A model generated the notes under the pieces. That model saw only the letters and a list, made by a program, of their open reading frames with translations, was not told the DNA's origin and made no database searches. A DNA stretch of 64,000 nucleotides. It comes from Octopus sinensis (lineage: Eukaryota). Position 1 is the first letter of the stretch, and each line of letters begins with the position of its first letter. The DNA is taken from NCBI RefSeq assembly GCF_006345805.1, contig NC_043000.1, positions 32,612,001 through 32,676,000 on the forward strand. The letters are read 5' to 3'. Positions 51,121-63,317 of the stretch are shown here, in pieces. A program made the position numbers and the translations under genes.

Positions 51121-52179
51121 ATGCATCTATGTATGCATATCCTCATTCCATGCTGGGATGGGTTGGGCAGTTCAGAAAAGGTCTGGCAAACCAATGGACA
51201 GCCTCAAGCTTCAGCATCTGGTTTGCAGTGGTTTCTGTGACGTTAGGTTTAGGGTTTTGAACCCTTCCTAATGCCAACCACTTTACAGAGACACAAAGGC
51301 AAAAGAAAGGCTCCCCTCAACTGAGTGGGAGTTGTAGTTGAGGGAGCGGTGGTCATAGGTGTCTTGTTACAGAGGAGGTGCATGGCTACCCTATGTTATA
51401 TAAGGGAGTAGCTGGAAAGAAGAGAATGTTGGGATGTCAGAGGATGAGGAAGAGTGGCAGAAGGTTAGAGGTGAAGGGGAGTGTAGTGGATAGAACAATG
51501 GTGGAGATGAAAGAAAAGGAGTAAGGTGGGAAGGGGGAGATGTGCTGTTCTGCTCGGATAGGATTACAGTTAGAAGGGTGACTAGGGAGGGATGTGTTTT
51601 AGGAAGATGAGAGGTGAGGAAGGCTTGGCAAGGACAGATTGGGTGCAGGACAAGGTCCATTGAGTATAGAGACAAAATCATATTGCTTTTAGGACCTCAT
51701 TTTTGCTGTCACATACACAGGAACACACACAAAACGGGCTTCTTTTTAGTTTCCATTGACCAAATTCATTCATAAAGTTTTGGTCAGCCCGGATCCTTAG
51801 AAACCATTTACCCAAGTGACACACACACACACATGCACACACACACACACAAATAGATATTTCTCGGCATGTTGTTTATATTATGAAGAATTCCAAAATG
51901 TGACAGAAATGGAAGAGTTTTCTGGAGAAATCAATGATCAAGTATGGAAAATAAATTTTTGTTTTTTACCTGCCTTGGTTCTGCCATGTTTGTTGGAATC
52001 ATAACAAAAGTTTTGTTGGAATAGATGACTTTTACACCTGCCAATCTTTATATAATTGCTAATTAGAGATAATGATTTGCTGAATCATTCACTTATGATT
52101 AGAGATATATAAAGTGTCAAAAGTTGATTTATCTTTCAGCAAAGTCACAGTGCTTGTAGTTCTTCAGTTTGCATTGTAG

Positions 52180-52213
<34 letters not shown>

Positions 52214-52525
52214 CTGCCACTGCTGCTATCATTCTCACCCCACCCACCTCCACTTGTCGTTTTCCTTGTTTTGCTTCCACTTTCTATGCTGGCATGGGTT
52301 AGCTGGGTTGTTGCTGCTCTTCAAGTAAATAATTTACAAAAAATAATTTCTTTACTAATTTTCGAGATTTCTTATAAATGTTATTGCACTTTCTATTCTT
52401 AAACTCAAATGGTTTCTTGGAAAAATTCTTCTTGCAAGCAGAAACACAGCCTTCCGGGTGGTTTTCTGCCAGTGAGTGTCATGTTTGCTTGTATGGAACT
52501 GTGGTGATGTGCATATCTAACAATC

Positions 52526-52960
52526 ATCATTGTATAACGTCCGTTTTCCATGCTGACATGGGTTGGACAGTTCGACTTGGGTCTGGGAAACCAGGAGGTT
52601 GCACCAGGCCCCAATCTCATCTGGCAGTTTCTACAGCTAGATGTCCTTCCTAATGCCAACCACTCTGAGAGTGTAGGGGGTGATTTTTATGTGCCACTGG
52701 CAAAGGGGCCAGAACAGCTGGCATCGATCACGATTAGATGGTGCTTTTTATGTGCCACCAGCATGGAAGCCAGTCAAAGTGGCATTGGCATCAGGCACAT
52801 TCGGATGGTGCTTTTTATGTGCTACCAGCACGGGGGTCACAACTACAATTTCCATTTGATTTTCATTTTGATGTTGATGTACTTGACTCAATAGGTCTCC
52901 TCAAGCATGGCATGTCACCCTACGATCCAAGATACTTTTGAGTGGGCTGGTTATGTGACA
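52526..52960 (-). mobile_element. RTE 3'-end fragment (variant subfamily)
   Basis: Family 3' UTR units followed by a divergent upstream UTR. Confidence 0.75.
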
Positions 52961-53731
52961 CTGGTGAGGAAATGAGAACCTAGGTTCGAAATTTCCCCAA
53001 GACACCTGGTGAATGCTAGAGGGTATATCAGCTGAAACATTGTGTTAACAACAAACAAGATGAGGACAAATATCTGTCTAACGTAAATATGTGGAATTTC
53101 GTTATGCAACCATAATGTACTGTAAGATATATTAAATGCTTTTTTATGAGTCAACTCATTATTTTGTTAAGGTTATTTCTACAAAAATTATGACTAGCCT
53201 TGGTTTTTGTTATAACGTTTCATATCAAGACATCAGATGTAAACAAACAAAGAGGTCCGTGACAAAAATGGTTAATGAGTGTATATGCCATATTTTGGTG
53301 GTGTGTGTGGGGTCATTTCCCCTTCATCAGCACCCATCTAACCTATTTTATATACTTTATAGTATGTTATGGTGGTATAACGAAATACCACGTACTTACA
53401 TATCATTAATATTTATTGTACCAGCTCCAGGAATGCATTTAACATGTAAACTAGTATATGCAATAGCTTAACACCACTGTACCAGGAGGCTGTATAAGCA
53501 ATGTGTTTGGAGATGAGAATGGGTTACATGGGTGCTGACGAAGGGGCAGAACCCCATGAAGTGTGGCTTATACCAAATCCTCATGATCTCAGATTTTACT
53601 GGGTTGTAGTTTTTCAACTTTTCATCTGCTTCCTTCTGTCTATCATCATCATCATCATCATCATCATCATTATTATTGTATTTCTTTTTATCTGTTGTAG
53701 ATTTCTGCTAATTGTTGAAGAGAATACCATT

Positions 53732-53839
53732 ATGTCTCTGGAACTGCAACAAAATGTTGAAGAGATCATAGACTTTGCAAAGCAACAGCAGACAGAACTG
53801 CATGGACTGTTAGTTGCTCTACAAGAAGCCAAAGATCAG
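53732..53839 (+). CDS. CRLF3: CRLF3 ortholog, first coding exon (MSLELQQNVEEIIDFAKQQQTELHGLLVALQEAKDQ)
   Basis: Acceptor tctgttgtag ends at 53700, ATG at 53732, phase-0 donor CAG|gtacaa at 53839/40. The peptide resembles the human CRLF3 N-terminus (recalled as ...ARENVEAAQSYRRELGHRLEGLREARRQ). Confidence 0.85.
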
Positions 53840-54472
53840 GTACAAACATCATGGATGCTTACCACTTCTCTATCATTCTCTTTGTCTTTTAATGTTTGCA
53901 TTTAAAAAAATTTTCAATTCAAGATTTCTGTTGGAATTATTCTCCCTCACCAAAGTCCTGCAAGCAGACAGAGGTATTCCTTAGAAATACTCTGACTTTT
54001 CATCCAAGGATGTTGCCTTCTCATCTCTCTCTCATGACCTCTGTTCCTTATAGCTTGTTACTCCCATGCCATCTCCCACTTGGCCTGCCCACCTCCCATC
54101 ACCCACTGTGTTTACCCCTCCCTTCCTCTCCCACGCCCTGCATTTAACAATTCTTCCTAATATTTTCTCCCCAAAGCATCTTCCCTATGGAATTCTCTGG
54201 AAGCATGTCTTTACTGCACTTGTTGATTTGCAACATTAAGTGCAACATCAATCCGCACCAGTCTTGGAACATTAATGGCATCAGTCCTCAGTAGTCTTGA
54301 GGAGATGCTCTACAAAGGCCAGGGGCTCTGTCCCTCCAGACAAAACTAATAAATATAAAAAACAATAGAAACAGCTTAATTTAATTACAAGCTCCTTAAT
54401 TTAATTACACACACTTTTGTGTTTAATTGATTTTGTTTTTGTTAATTACTAATTAGCATAGCTCTGTGATAG

Positions 54473-54722
54473 TGGAGGTGCGTGGCTTAGTGGTTAGGGT
54501 GTTGAACTTATGATCGTAAGGTTGTGGTTTCGATTCCTGGACTGGGTGATGCGTTGTGTTCTTGAGCAAAAAAAAAAATTTCATGTTGCTCCAGTCCATT
54601 CAGCTGGCAAATAGGAGTAAACCTGCAATAGACCGGCATCCCATCCAGGTGGGGAATTTCTATGCCACCGAAACCGGAAAACCGGCCCTTATGAGCCTGG
54701 CATGGCTTGAGAAGGAACAGTT
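54473..54722 (+). mobile_element. SINE family 3, near full length, in CRLF3 intron
   Basis: ggaggtgcgtggcttagtggttaggg (A-box), ggtttcgattcc (B-box), ttcttgagcaa...gaccggcatcccatccaggtgggg. Confidence 0.8.
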
Positions 54723-55289
54723 ATTTATTTATTTTTTTAGTTATATAGCTCTGTGATAAGACATTCACTCCAGAATCCCATGGCCTCAGATTCTATCATT
54801 TTGTGCGGGAATCTTCTGAAGAGAAATTATGTTGAAGCTGCTGGTCCCTTGAGCTGTGCCTGATTTGTTAACTGGGCGACACAATTTGTTACGTAGTTTA
54901 ATACCATCATTTGGCCCCTCTAGCACCTTTAATGGAGTTCACTCTGTTGCAGGAATTCAGGCCAACATACCAACCAGACTTCCTTTCTTGACCCTATTAA
55001 TATTGGAGGCTCTGTAAAATGGTCAGGTGACTGACCTTCCTTTCACGAACTATTAAAAAATTGAAGTTTCTGTATTTTACTTGGACACTGTATCATGCAA
55101 CACCTGCCTGATGTAGTTGCAGCCTGACCAAATAGTTAACAAGCTCCCACGTTTGCTCCCACTGCATGGCATTGTCCCCATTGTCATTCTTTAAAATCTG
55201 TTTTTCATAAAATAATAATAATAATAATAATGAAATTATACGCACTTGTCAAAAGTGCGTATAAAGCATATGCAGTAATGTACAAATGC

Positions 55290-56470
55290 CTGGAAAGCGA
55301 ACAGTGTATGAGTCAGATACATGCTTGCGTGTGTATGGAGGGGAGAAAATCAGGTGTAGTGTTGGCGAATCTCAGGAAGCATGAAAGTTTTGAAGGATGC
55401 AGTGCTCCGACAACTAACAACTGATGCAGGCAGTCTGTTCCATGCTTCAGCAACTCATAGTGTGAAAAAATGTTTCCGAAAGTCATGGGAGCTGTGCTGT
55501 TTTCTGACTTTGTAAACATGACCATGGGTGTTAGACAGGTGGAGTTTGAAAAGGTGCTCAGAGTTATTCAGAGTTATTGTTTGTAAGATGCTGGTATCAG
55601 TTAGGGTCTGCCATACCATTGGGCTGCATCACACTTTTGCTTGAAGAAACAAAAGTTAGGAATCCCAGAGAAAGTCTCCTTTGGATGTTTTTCTTAACAC
55701 CAATCACTTTACAGAGTGTGTACTGGGGGCTTTTGTTTTTTCTTGTTAGATTAACATTGCCTTTGAGTGAATGGGGCTTACAGTAAAGAGGCAACTGGCT
55801 TTATGCTAGGAGACGAGGAGTTAAAAGTGTGAGAGAAGGGTTCAGAACAGCTTTTCTTTCTGTAGAGAAGCCAAATGACTGCTTACATCAAAGGGAAGGA
55901 TGCGAGTGAGTGGGATGGAGCTGGAAAAGAGAGATAAAAATCGAGGTGATGAGGTGTGAAGGTGGAACCTGAAGATATGAGAAGAATGAAAGGGAGTGTG
56001 GGTGAGAGGTTGCAAGCATGTATGGGAAGATGAGAGATGGTTAGAGATAGAGAACAGAAAGGCGGCGAGCTGGCAGAACCGTTAGCACGCCGGGCGAAAT
56101 GCGTAGCCGTATTTCGTCTGCCGTTACGTTCTGAGTTCAAATTCCGCCGAGGTCATCTTTGCCTTTCATCCTTTTGGGGTCGATAAATTAAGTACCAGTT
56201 ACGCACTGGGGTCGATGTAATCGACTTAATCCGTTTGTCTGTCCTTGTTTGTCTCCTCTATGTTTAGTCCCTTGTGGGTAGTAAAGAAACAGGTTAGAGA
56301 TAGAGAACTGGTAAAAGGGTGTAAATGAATGAAGAACAAATGTTGAAGGATTGTAACTATCTATTGGAGGATGAAGAAGGTGACAGCTGTGGAGATCAGG
56401 TAGGGTAGAAGGCTGGGTTTAGTGTTGGACAAAGGGTGTGGGGTGACCTATGATACAAATGGGTTGGATG
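55290..56470 (-). mobile_element. Decayed CR1/L2-type LINE 3' region, interrupted by a SINE at 56056-56291
   Basis: Minus strand encodes ...AEAWNRLPASVVSCRSTASFK, typical of CR1-group C-termini; purine-rich + strand. Confidence 0.6.
56056..56291 (+). mobile_element. Monomeric SINE family 1 with 17-bp TSD
   Basis: TSD ggttagagatagagaac at 56039-56055 and 56292-56308. Confidence 0.93.
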
Positions 56471-56583
56471 GGGGGAAAGTAGGGCAGATTTTTAACAATT
56501 ATTCAATTATTCTAGCTTAACCTGGCTTCTGCAATCTCATTAGGAAATCACGTAACAGTTTCTCTTCCTTTATTTCTCTCCAG

Positions 56584-56791
56584 ATTACTTCCAGTGGAGC
56601 AAAATCTCGCAATCAACTTAATAAACATTTTGAAAGTTTAAAAACGGAATTGAATGCTGCCCTGGACAACAGATTGTCGGAACTGTTGTGTCAGGTGGAT
56701 AAAATTGAACAAACATCTCTTCCTCCTCTTGATGAATGTAAAGATCTCATTAACCAAGGAATCTGCAAAGTAAACCGTATTATTGAAGAAG
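56584..56791 (+). CDS. CRLF3: CRLF3 coding exon 2 (ITSSGAKSRNQLNKHFESLKTELNAALDNRLSELLCQVDKIEQTSLPPLDECKDLINQGICKVNRIIEEG)
   Basis: tttctctccag| acceptor, 208 nt, G|gtaaga donor. Strong match to recalled human IKESASQTRDVLKQHFNDLKGTLGKLLDERLVTLLQEVDTIEQETIKPLDDCQKLIEHGVNTAEDLVREG. Confidence 0.93.
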
Positions 56792-57847
56792 GTAAGATCG
56801 AAGGTTTTTTTGGTAATTTTTTGAATTAGAAATAATTAGAATTGTTATATGGGTTGCAGTTATTGGACAGAGCCAGTCATCTTTGATAAACATACAGCAG
56901 GACAACCAGTGAATCCGGTTCCTTAACAAGAGTCAGGGTGGGGTGGGGGTAGGGTGGTTTTGTAAGGCTTTGTTTTTATGTATGAAGAAAACCATCCCCA
57001 TCTCCATGCTATAAACACCAGAAGAATGGAACTGAAAACCATAATTTATGAATTAAAAAAAAAAAACTAATTATTTCACCTTTGTAAGATGTGAAGTTAG
57101 AATTGCAAACTAGGCCAGAGGAATAGTCATGATTTCATTTCAATTTTAGTCTTGAGACAAGGAATGGTAATTTGGGAACATCTACGAAAATAGATGTTCT
57201 CAAACTTGGGAGACAGACACAATTCGTGTTTATGTTGATTCTTGTGGGAACTTGAGGGTTGGGTTGGTGTGATGGGAGTGGGTCGTAATTTTAGGGATAA
57301 AAGTTTGATTGAGGTTGTATCTTGAGACGGTCATTGCACCAATAATGAAGTGCTTCTGGTGAATTTTTCTTTTTGCAGAGGAATGCAGCGGGTGGGGTGA
57401 GATGTTAAATATAAAAAAAGTTTGAAAAAGTAAGAGAAGCAAATAGATTGGGTTGAATGGTGATGTGTGTAACTTGGATAGGAATGGTACAGGACTTCCT
57501 GGTTCTGTAATATTGCTTGAAGAAACAAAAGTTAGGAATCCCAGAGAAAGCAAAATTGTAAAGTAGACTTTAATCTTGCTGACAAAAAGGTATGATTTCA
57601 TGACCTGTACGGAAAGGAATCTTGGAATTGAAGCTGATTTAGAAAGGAGACAACACAGTGTCTGTTGTGTCATCGGTAGGTCAGTAGTTGCAAAGATCCA
57701 GTTGCAAAAGTCTTGTCAGTAAATCAATAGAACGACATTGTTTTAGAGAAAGTATTTCCTTAAGAATGTCCTAGTTTCTTGGAATTGCTATCTTTCAAGA
57801 GTTCACGTTGTTGTTGTTGGTAATGTTTTTTTTTTCTTTCTTTGCAG

Positions 57848-57932
57848 GAAAGTTAATTTTAGATAGCAGTTCCGTGGACGGTGAAAAAGTGTCCACTTTT
57901 CGTAAAAATTCTGATTCTTTGAATCTCAACAG
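57848..57932 (+). CDS. CRLF3: CRLF3 coding exon 3 (KLILDSSSVDGEKVSTFRKNSDSLNLN)
   Basis: ttctttctttgcag| acceptor, 85 nt, AG|gtaaag donor. Phases 1 and 2 are compatible with the flanking exons. Similar to human EKLWSFTKKASHIQLDS. Confidence 0.88.
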
Positions 57933-58955
57933 GTAAAGTTGTTCTGTTCTGGATTAGTAAGTAAGCTTGTTCCACCAATAAACAGTCATCAACATTATTT
58001 ATTTAAACCTTTGGTGCCATAAAGAATTCGTCAACCTTACTAGTAAGCTTTCTCTTACTATAAAATGGTTATCACCATTCTTTGTGTTTATAAAAGACAA
58101 AATGGATGCAAGTGGTGGATGGCTAATGTTGGCTAAGTTTGGATGTGTAGTCAAGAAGTGTAATTGATACTCACATGGTTCTGAGCTCAAAGCCATCGTC
58201 TGCTGTCTTGGACGATTGCTTTGAGTCGACCCAGTATTTTTTTAAGAAAAGCAATTGAAAAAGAGAAACTTGTGTGGGAAACCTATGTATCTGTCGTCCT
58301 GTTTGGCTGCTATTTCTAGCAAGTTGAGTGCGGCTTAACACTTTTCAAATGGTTACCTGGGAAAAAAAAGGAATAAAAAAAATCTTTCCATTGAAATTAG
58401 AAGTAAAAAAAAACAGTAAAAGTTTGACATGAAGTAAACATTTAACAAGGGAAATAACTCGTACTATTATAATGTCTTAGAGGAGTTTAATGCAGTATAA
58501 TTATGTGTTAGTGTTTAATTACTGATGTAAATATCACTTTTAATCACAGCGCCTTTGAATTTAGATTAGTTTGCTAAAGATTCCAACCACATCTACCTTG
58601 TGGCACAGAAAAATTTAGAATCCCAGCGAAAATATTACCATTTTTAGGACCATGCAAGTCGTTCTGGAGGAAAAGATGAAAAATGTATTGTGCTTTATTA
58701 TTATTTTTATCTGGATTTAGCTGAAACTAACAAGGGAGTTCTATGTGGTCACTTAACTTCCTAGAAATAGCAGCCAAATCTCCCTCAAATAACGCTTTAC
58801 AATCTTATAAAAATAGAACACATCAGATATTATAGTCCTAGACTATATATTCACACAGTATACTGTGTGAATATTGGAATCCATCACTCTTGGATTCAAT
58901 TAGATGTTTAGTCATTTCACCTGTCGATGACTTTCAGGTGATTTAACATCTATTC

Positions 58956-59412
58956 TATAAGAGAGTCATCCCCTAAGTGTGGTAAGGGAGTCGTCTCCTA
59001 AGTGTTATGAGGGAGTTGTCCCCTAGGTGCTATGAGGGAGTCGTTCCCTAGGTGCTATAAGGGAGTCGTCTCCTAGGTGCTATGAGGGAGTTGTCTCCTA
59101 GGTGCTATGAGGGAGTCGTCCCCTAGGTGCTATAAGGGAGTCGTCTCCTAGGTGCTATGAGGGAGTTGTCTCCTAGGTGCTATGAGGGAGTCGTCCCCTA
59201 GGTGCTATGAGGGAGTTGTCCCCTAGGTGCTATGAGGGAGTCGTCCCCTAGGTGCTGTGAGGGAGTCGTCCCCTAGGTGCTTTGAGGGAGCCTTCCCCTA
59301 GGTGCTATGAGGGAGTCATCCCCTAGGTACTATGAGGGAGTTGTCTCCTAGGTGCTATGAGGGAGTCGTCCCCTAGGTGCTATGAGGGAGGGAGTTGTCC
59401 GCTAAGTGCTGT
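58956..59412. repeat. 25-bp minisatellite, about 18 copies (gagggagtcgtcccctaggtgctat), in CRLF3 intron
   Basis: Read directly; units are contiguous with no spacers. Confidence 0.97.
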
Positions 59413-59505
59413 GCCAGAGCAAACCAGCAAACAAATGAAACACATGCATTGAGCATTTGCAGTTAATTTTTACAACACCAGAGCTGCTTGTCATTCATTA
59501 TTGAA

Positions 59506-59536
<31 letters not shown>

Positions 59537-59703
59537 TTGTCTTGATATTATGTGACAGTTGTAAATGAGTGTCACTGTCGTACATGCAGGGTCATTTGTT
59601 TCCAATATTCTGCGATAACATGTCTGTCCAACTCCGTAATTGAAACTACTACTACTACTTGCTCAGCCAGCTAACAACACTTCCTTCTTTTTCTTTCTGC
59701 CAG

Positions 59704-59881
59704 TGTTCCAGCTATTCCAAGTTTATCTGAAGTTGCTTGTATATCTGTTGACACTGCTGGTTCTAACAAAGATAAATTACTTGAGTATGCATCAAAAGAG
59801 ATGAAAGTCATTTCCAAAGCTCCCGTACAGATTGCCGATGTTGTGGAACGACCTGGAGCTCTTTTAGTTAAATGGAGCGAG
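59704..59881 (+). CDS. CRLF3: CRLF3 coding exon 4 (VPAIPSLSEVACISVDTAGSNKDKLLEYASKEMKVISKAPVQIADVVERPGALLVKWSE)
   Basis: tttttctttctgccag| acceptor, 178 nt, GAG|gtaagt donor. Matches recalled human LPEVPLLVDVPCLS...RPPVQLEELIEKPGGIIVRWCK (start of FN3). Confidence 0.92.
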
Positions 59882-60165
59882 GTAAGTCTCTTCTTGTTTG
59901 GGTTTGGCTTTGATTGGTAAATTCAAACTTTATTATCCGAGATATTTCTGAAAGACTACATTTAAATATCTGCAGGTGTAAGCATGGCTGTGTGGTTAAC
60001 AAATTTGCTTTATAACCATGTGGTTTTGGGTTCAGTCCCATTGCATGGCACCTTGTCAAAATGTCAGGTTAGTCAAAGCTTTGTAAGTGGATTTGGTAAA
60101 AGGAAAGTGCATGGAAGCCCATCATAAATTTAATATATATGAACAATCAAAATAAATATCAAAGT

Positions 60166-60322
60166 GGTTGGCGTTAGGAAGGGCATCCAGCTGTAGAAAC
60201 ATTGCCAGATCAGACTGGAACCTGGTGCAGCCTCCTGGCTTCCCAGACCCCGGTTGAACCGTCCAACCCGTACTAGCACGGAAAGCGGACGTTAAACGAT
60301 GATGATGATGATGATGATGATG
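60166..60322 (+). mobile_element. RTE 3' tip with long (GAT)n tail
   Basis: tggttggcgttaggaagggcatccagctgtagaaac...ggacgttaaacgatgatgatg. Confidence 0.88.
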
Positions 60323-60580
60323 AAGAAGGCTACAGCTTTGGCTCTAGAAATGAGGAGGGAACAAAGATGTTGGAATTTTGTGATGCTCATAGCTTCCTGG
60401 TCTGCAACACCAACTTCAGGAAGCCTGCCAACCATTTGGTCACTTATCAATCTGGTGGGCACACTAGCAGCTGGATTGGCTACATCCCCAACAGACACAG
60501 GGACAAGTGTATGCTTGTAAATGCAAAATCTTACCTGGGCGAAGTAGGACTCAACATAGGCTAGTGGTTAGCGATTTCAG
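60323..60580 (+). mobile_element. RTE apurinic-endonuclease domain fragment
   Basis: GYSFGSRNEEGTKMLEFCDAHSFLVCNTNFRKPANHLVTYQSGGHTS..IGYI resembles the RTE APE motif RN..G..LL.FC....L...NT.F.K....TY.S....SQIDY. Confidence 0.8.
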
Positions 60581-61245
60581 GTTTTTACTGCTGGTGAGGG
60601 GTTGGAACCTATGTCTATGTATGAGGCTTCCTTGTTAGGTTTGTGGCAGGGTTTAAATTTTCCTGTATTAAGGTTCATGTTAATATCTAGAAAGTTGACT
60701 TCTTTAAAGTTGGTACTAATTGTGGTTCTTGGGCTTAATTGGTTAAATATTTTGCTTAATTTTTCCCTTATTCTATCCATACCTTGTCCCTTTTTATTGT
60801 ATACTACTCCCAGGCTATCGTCCCTATATAAACTCATCCTAGCTTTTGTTTCTTTTTTAAGGGTATCTAGGCTTTGTGGCTAGATTTTTTGCTTCTAATT
60901 AATCGAATTATAAATGGTCGGGTTTGTTGTTTTGTATGTTTTAGTTATGTTGTCTGTTAGTAATTTGTTGCATATTTGATTGTTTACTTCATAAATATTT
61001 TTTGTTTTATCTGCTAATAAATAGGTTCGTTAATGTTTTGAAAGTTTCGATGTATATTGAAACCTTCTGGAGTTTTGGTTAAATTTTACATTTTTAACTA
61101 ACTTTATAAGATTGTCTTCAAATTTCTCTAGGTCTTTAATGTGTGGTGGGCTTTTTAAGATCTGAGGCTGAGGGCTGCACATACCTGCTCCCTTGAAAAA
61201 AGAAGAAATCCGACACATAGGATAATGTAGTCCTTGATACACTAT
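60570..61245 (-). mobile_element. Penelope-like element RT relic
   Basis: KSPPHIKDLEKFEDNLIKLVKNVKF (PLE N-terminal region) and LYRDDSLG...DRIREKLSKIF...TNFKEVNFLDINMNLNTGKFKP.HKPN....YI...SN (YRDD RT core and thumb). Confidence 0.78.
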
Positions 61246-63162
61246 GTCTAAATAGAAGACAGATTGATCATAGCTTGAATGCCCTTGGCCATAGCTCTGG
61301 TCTGCTGGATTAGGACTGACCTGGTGGCTAAACTACTACTACTACTGCTACTGCTGCTGCTATACTACTACTACAATAGGTGAAAGAATGGTTCGATGCT
61401 CGTTCAAGACCTAAACATTTCAATAATGATGTTGGAAAATTAAAAAAACAAATCATTTTTTGCTGTAGTTTCTGACTGAAATCCCACAAAGGCCATTGTT
61501 TCTTTCCCATGTACTTCAGCATGTCAGAAGAAAGCCGAATATTTGGTGATAAGGGCAGCCTAACACCTTTCCTTGTCATTTGATCTCTTATAGTCACAGC
61601 ACAGCAAGGTACTTCCTAAGAGCTTGTAACCTGTTCCACACATCAAATATTCCACATTGGTACATCTATGAACCCCTCTGGGCCATAGGACTGTGTCATT
61701 GAGCTGGAATTATGTACAGCCTCTTTATATGTATCTATGTATAGAATCTCTTATAGACTGTTTCTAGAGAAGGCCTATTTCTTCTGCAATCGTCCATCAT
61801 TATTGGACAACAGACAGAGCAGTAACTTAAAATGAAACCTTCTTTTGACTATTGTTATATTGTTCATCACTAAAAAATGGCAGTGCATAAATATTATTTG
61901 AAAACCTGTTACTGTCCCCACCATAACGTTTTCCCTTTAATCTGTAAGGGTCCTGCCTCTTTCTGATCTGTGCAGGCCTTCTCTGGAATATATAGACAAT
62001 GCCATTAGTAAATATATAATTTGTATCATTTTAAAAAAACAACATTCTTTTATTTTTATTTGATGATCCAGAGAGAAAGGACAATGACCCTGGTCAGTTT
62101 CAGGTCATTCTAGAGTAGGTGCATTTTCCTCTGGCAGCTTCAGGTAGGGTTTGAACTCATAACCTCTAGGACAGTAGTTTAGTACCCAAAACAATCAACC
62201 TTTGCACCCAATGTGATTGCATGTTGTAATTAATTATTGTATATTCTTATTTGTATCCAGTGAAAATGATGGCTTTTAGCTTCTGGACTAACCATTCCTT
62301 CAGCTTCACATGTAAAATACCAAATTGAATATTTATGGCAGGCCATGGCTAATGAAGATATAAAATTAATATATTATGTCCACATAATTGTCTATGAGAA
62401 CCTTTTATATATTATTTCTGGGCTGAGGAATCTTGTGTAATTCGGGACCTTAATATTTTCAACTTCATTTTGAAGTGAAATCAGGAATAAAATAGAGTTG
62501 TGTGAAGTGAGTCTGTAGCCATGTGGTTAAATGTGGCAATAGGACTCATGTAGTTTAAAGTGGTGAGCCATGTAGTTATGAAGTTCTCATTGAAGCCACA
62601 TGGTCCTGAGTTCAATCCACTGTGGCACTTGAGTGTTTTCTGTTATAATTTCAGGCTCACATTCTCTTGTGAATGGGAATCACAGTTCAACGGAGATCAA
62701 TGAGATATGAACTATAGGTGATCTGATTGATTGGTGTACTACTCATAGGGTTACCGTCAGTAAATGAATTACAGAAGAAATTATTAAAAACAAATATTGT
62801 GAATGAACAAGTGTTTTAGTTTTGCAGGCGTTAGACCTTTGAATTTCTCTTGAAATATTTTGTCCTTTAACAAAGACAATGTTGCATCAAAGAAATATCT
62901 GTTCAGTTTTTATGGATACATGAAAGGTCTTCATTTTACATTCACTCTCTCTCTCTCTGATATATATATAATAATAATAATAACAAAAATAATATATATA
63001 TATATCGCCATGATAGATCACTAGCCACTACACATTCTTTATTTTCTCTCCTTGTTCCTTTCTGTGGAAGAGCATAGTCTACACCACCTGTCTTCGTCTT
63101 TTTTTATTTATATTATTATATATTTAAACGCCACGCATCCTTTTCCAAGTAAGTTTTATCTA

Positions 63163-63196
<34 letters not shown>

Positions 63197-63317
63197 ATAA
63201 TAATTATTATTTTTCTGTCAAGCTGTATATAAAGACAATTTAACATGAAATTCAAAGAGTACTTAATACTTTTAAGTAGGACAAAGTGACTTTGAAGTTT
63301 CAGTTTGCCTGCCTCCG

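Noticed and set aside
56056-56291. tRNA genes at SINE heads
   Set aside because: They have A/B boxes but no complete cloverleaf, continue into SINE bodies, and have TSDs.
58956-59412. CRISPR-like array
   Set aside because: Contiguous 25-bp units with no unique spacers, in a eukaryotic intron with no cas genes.
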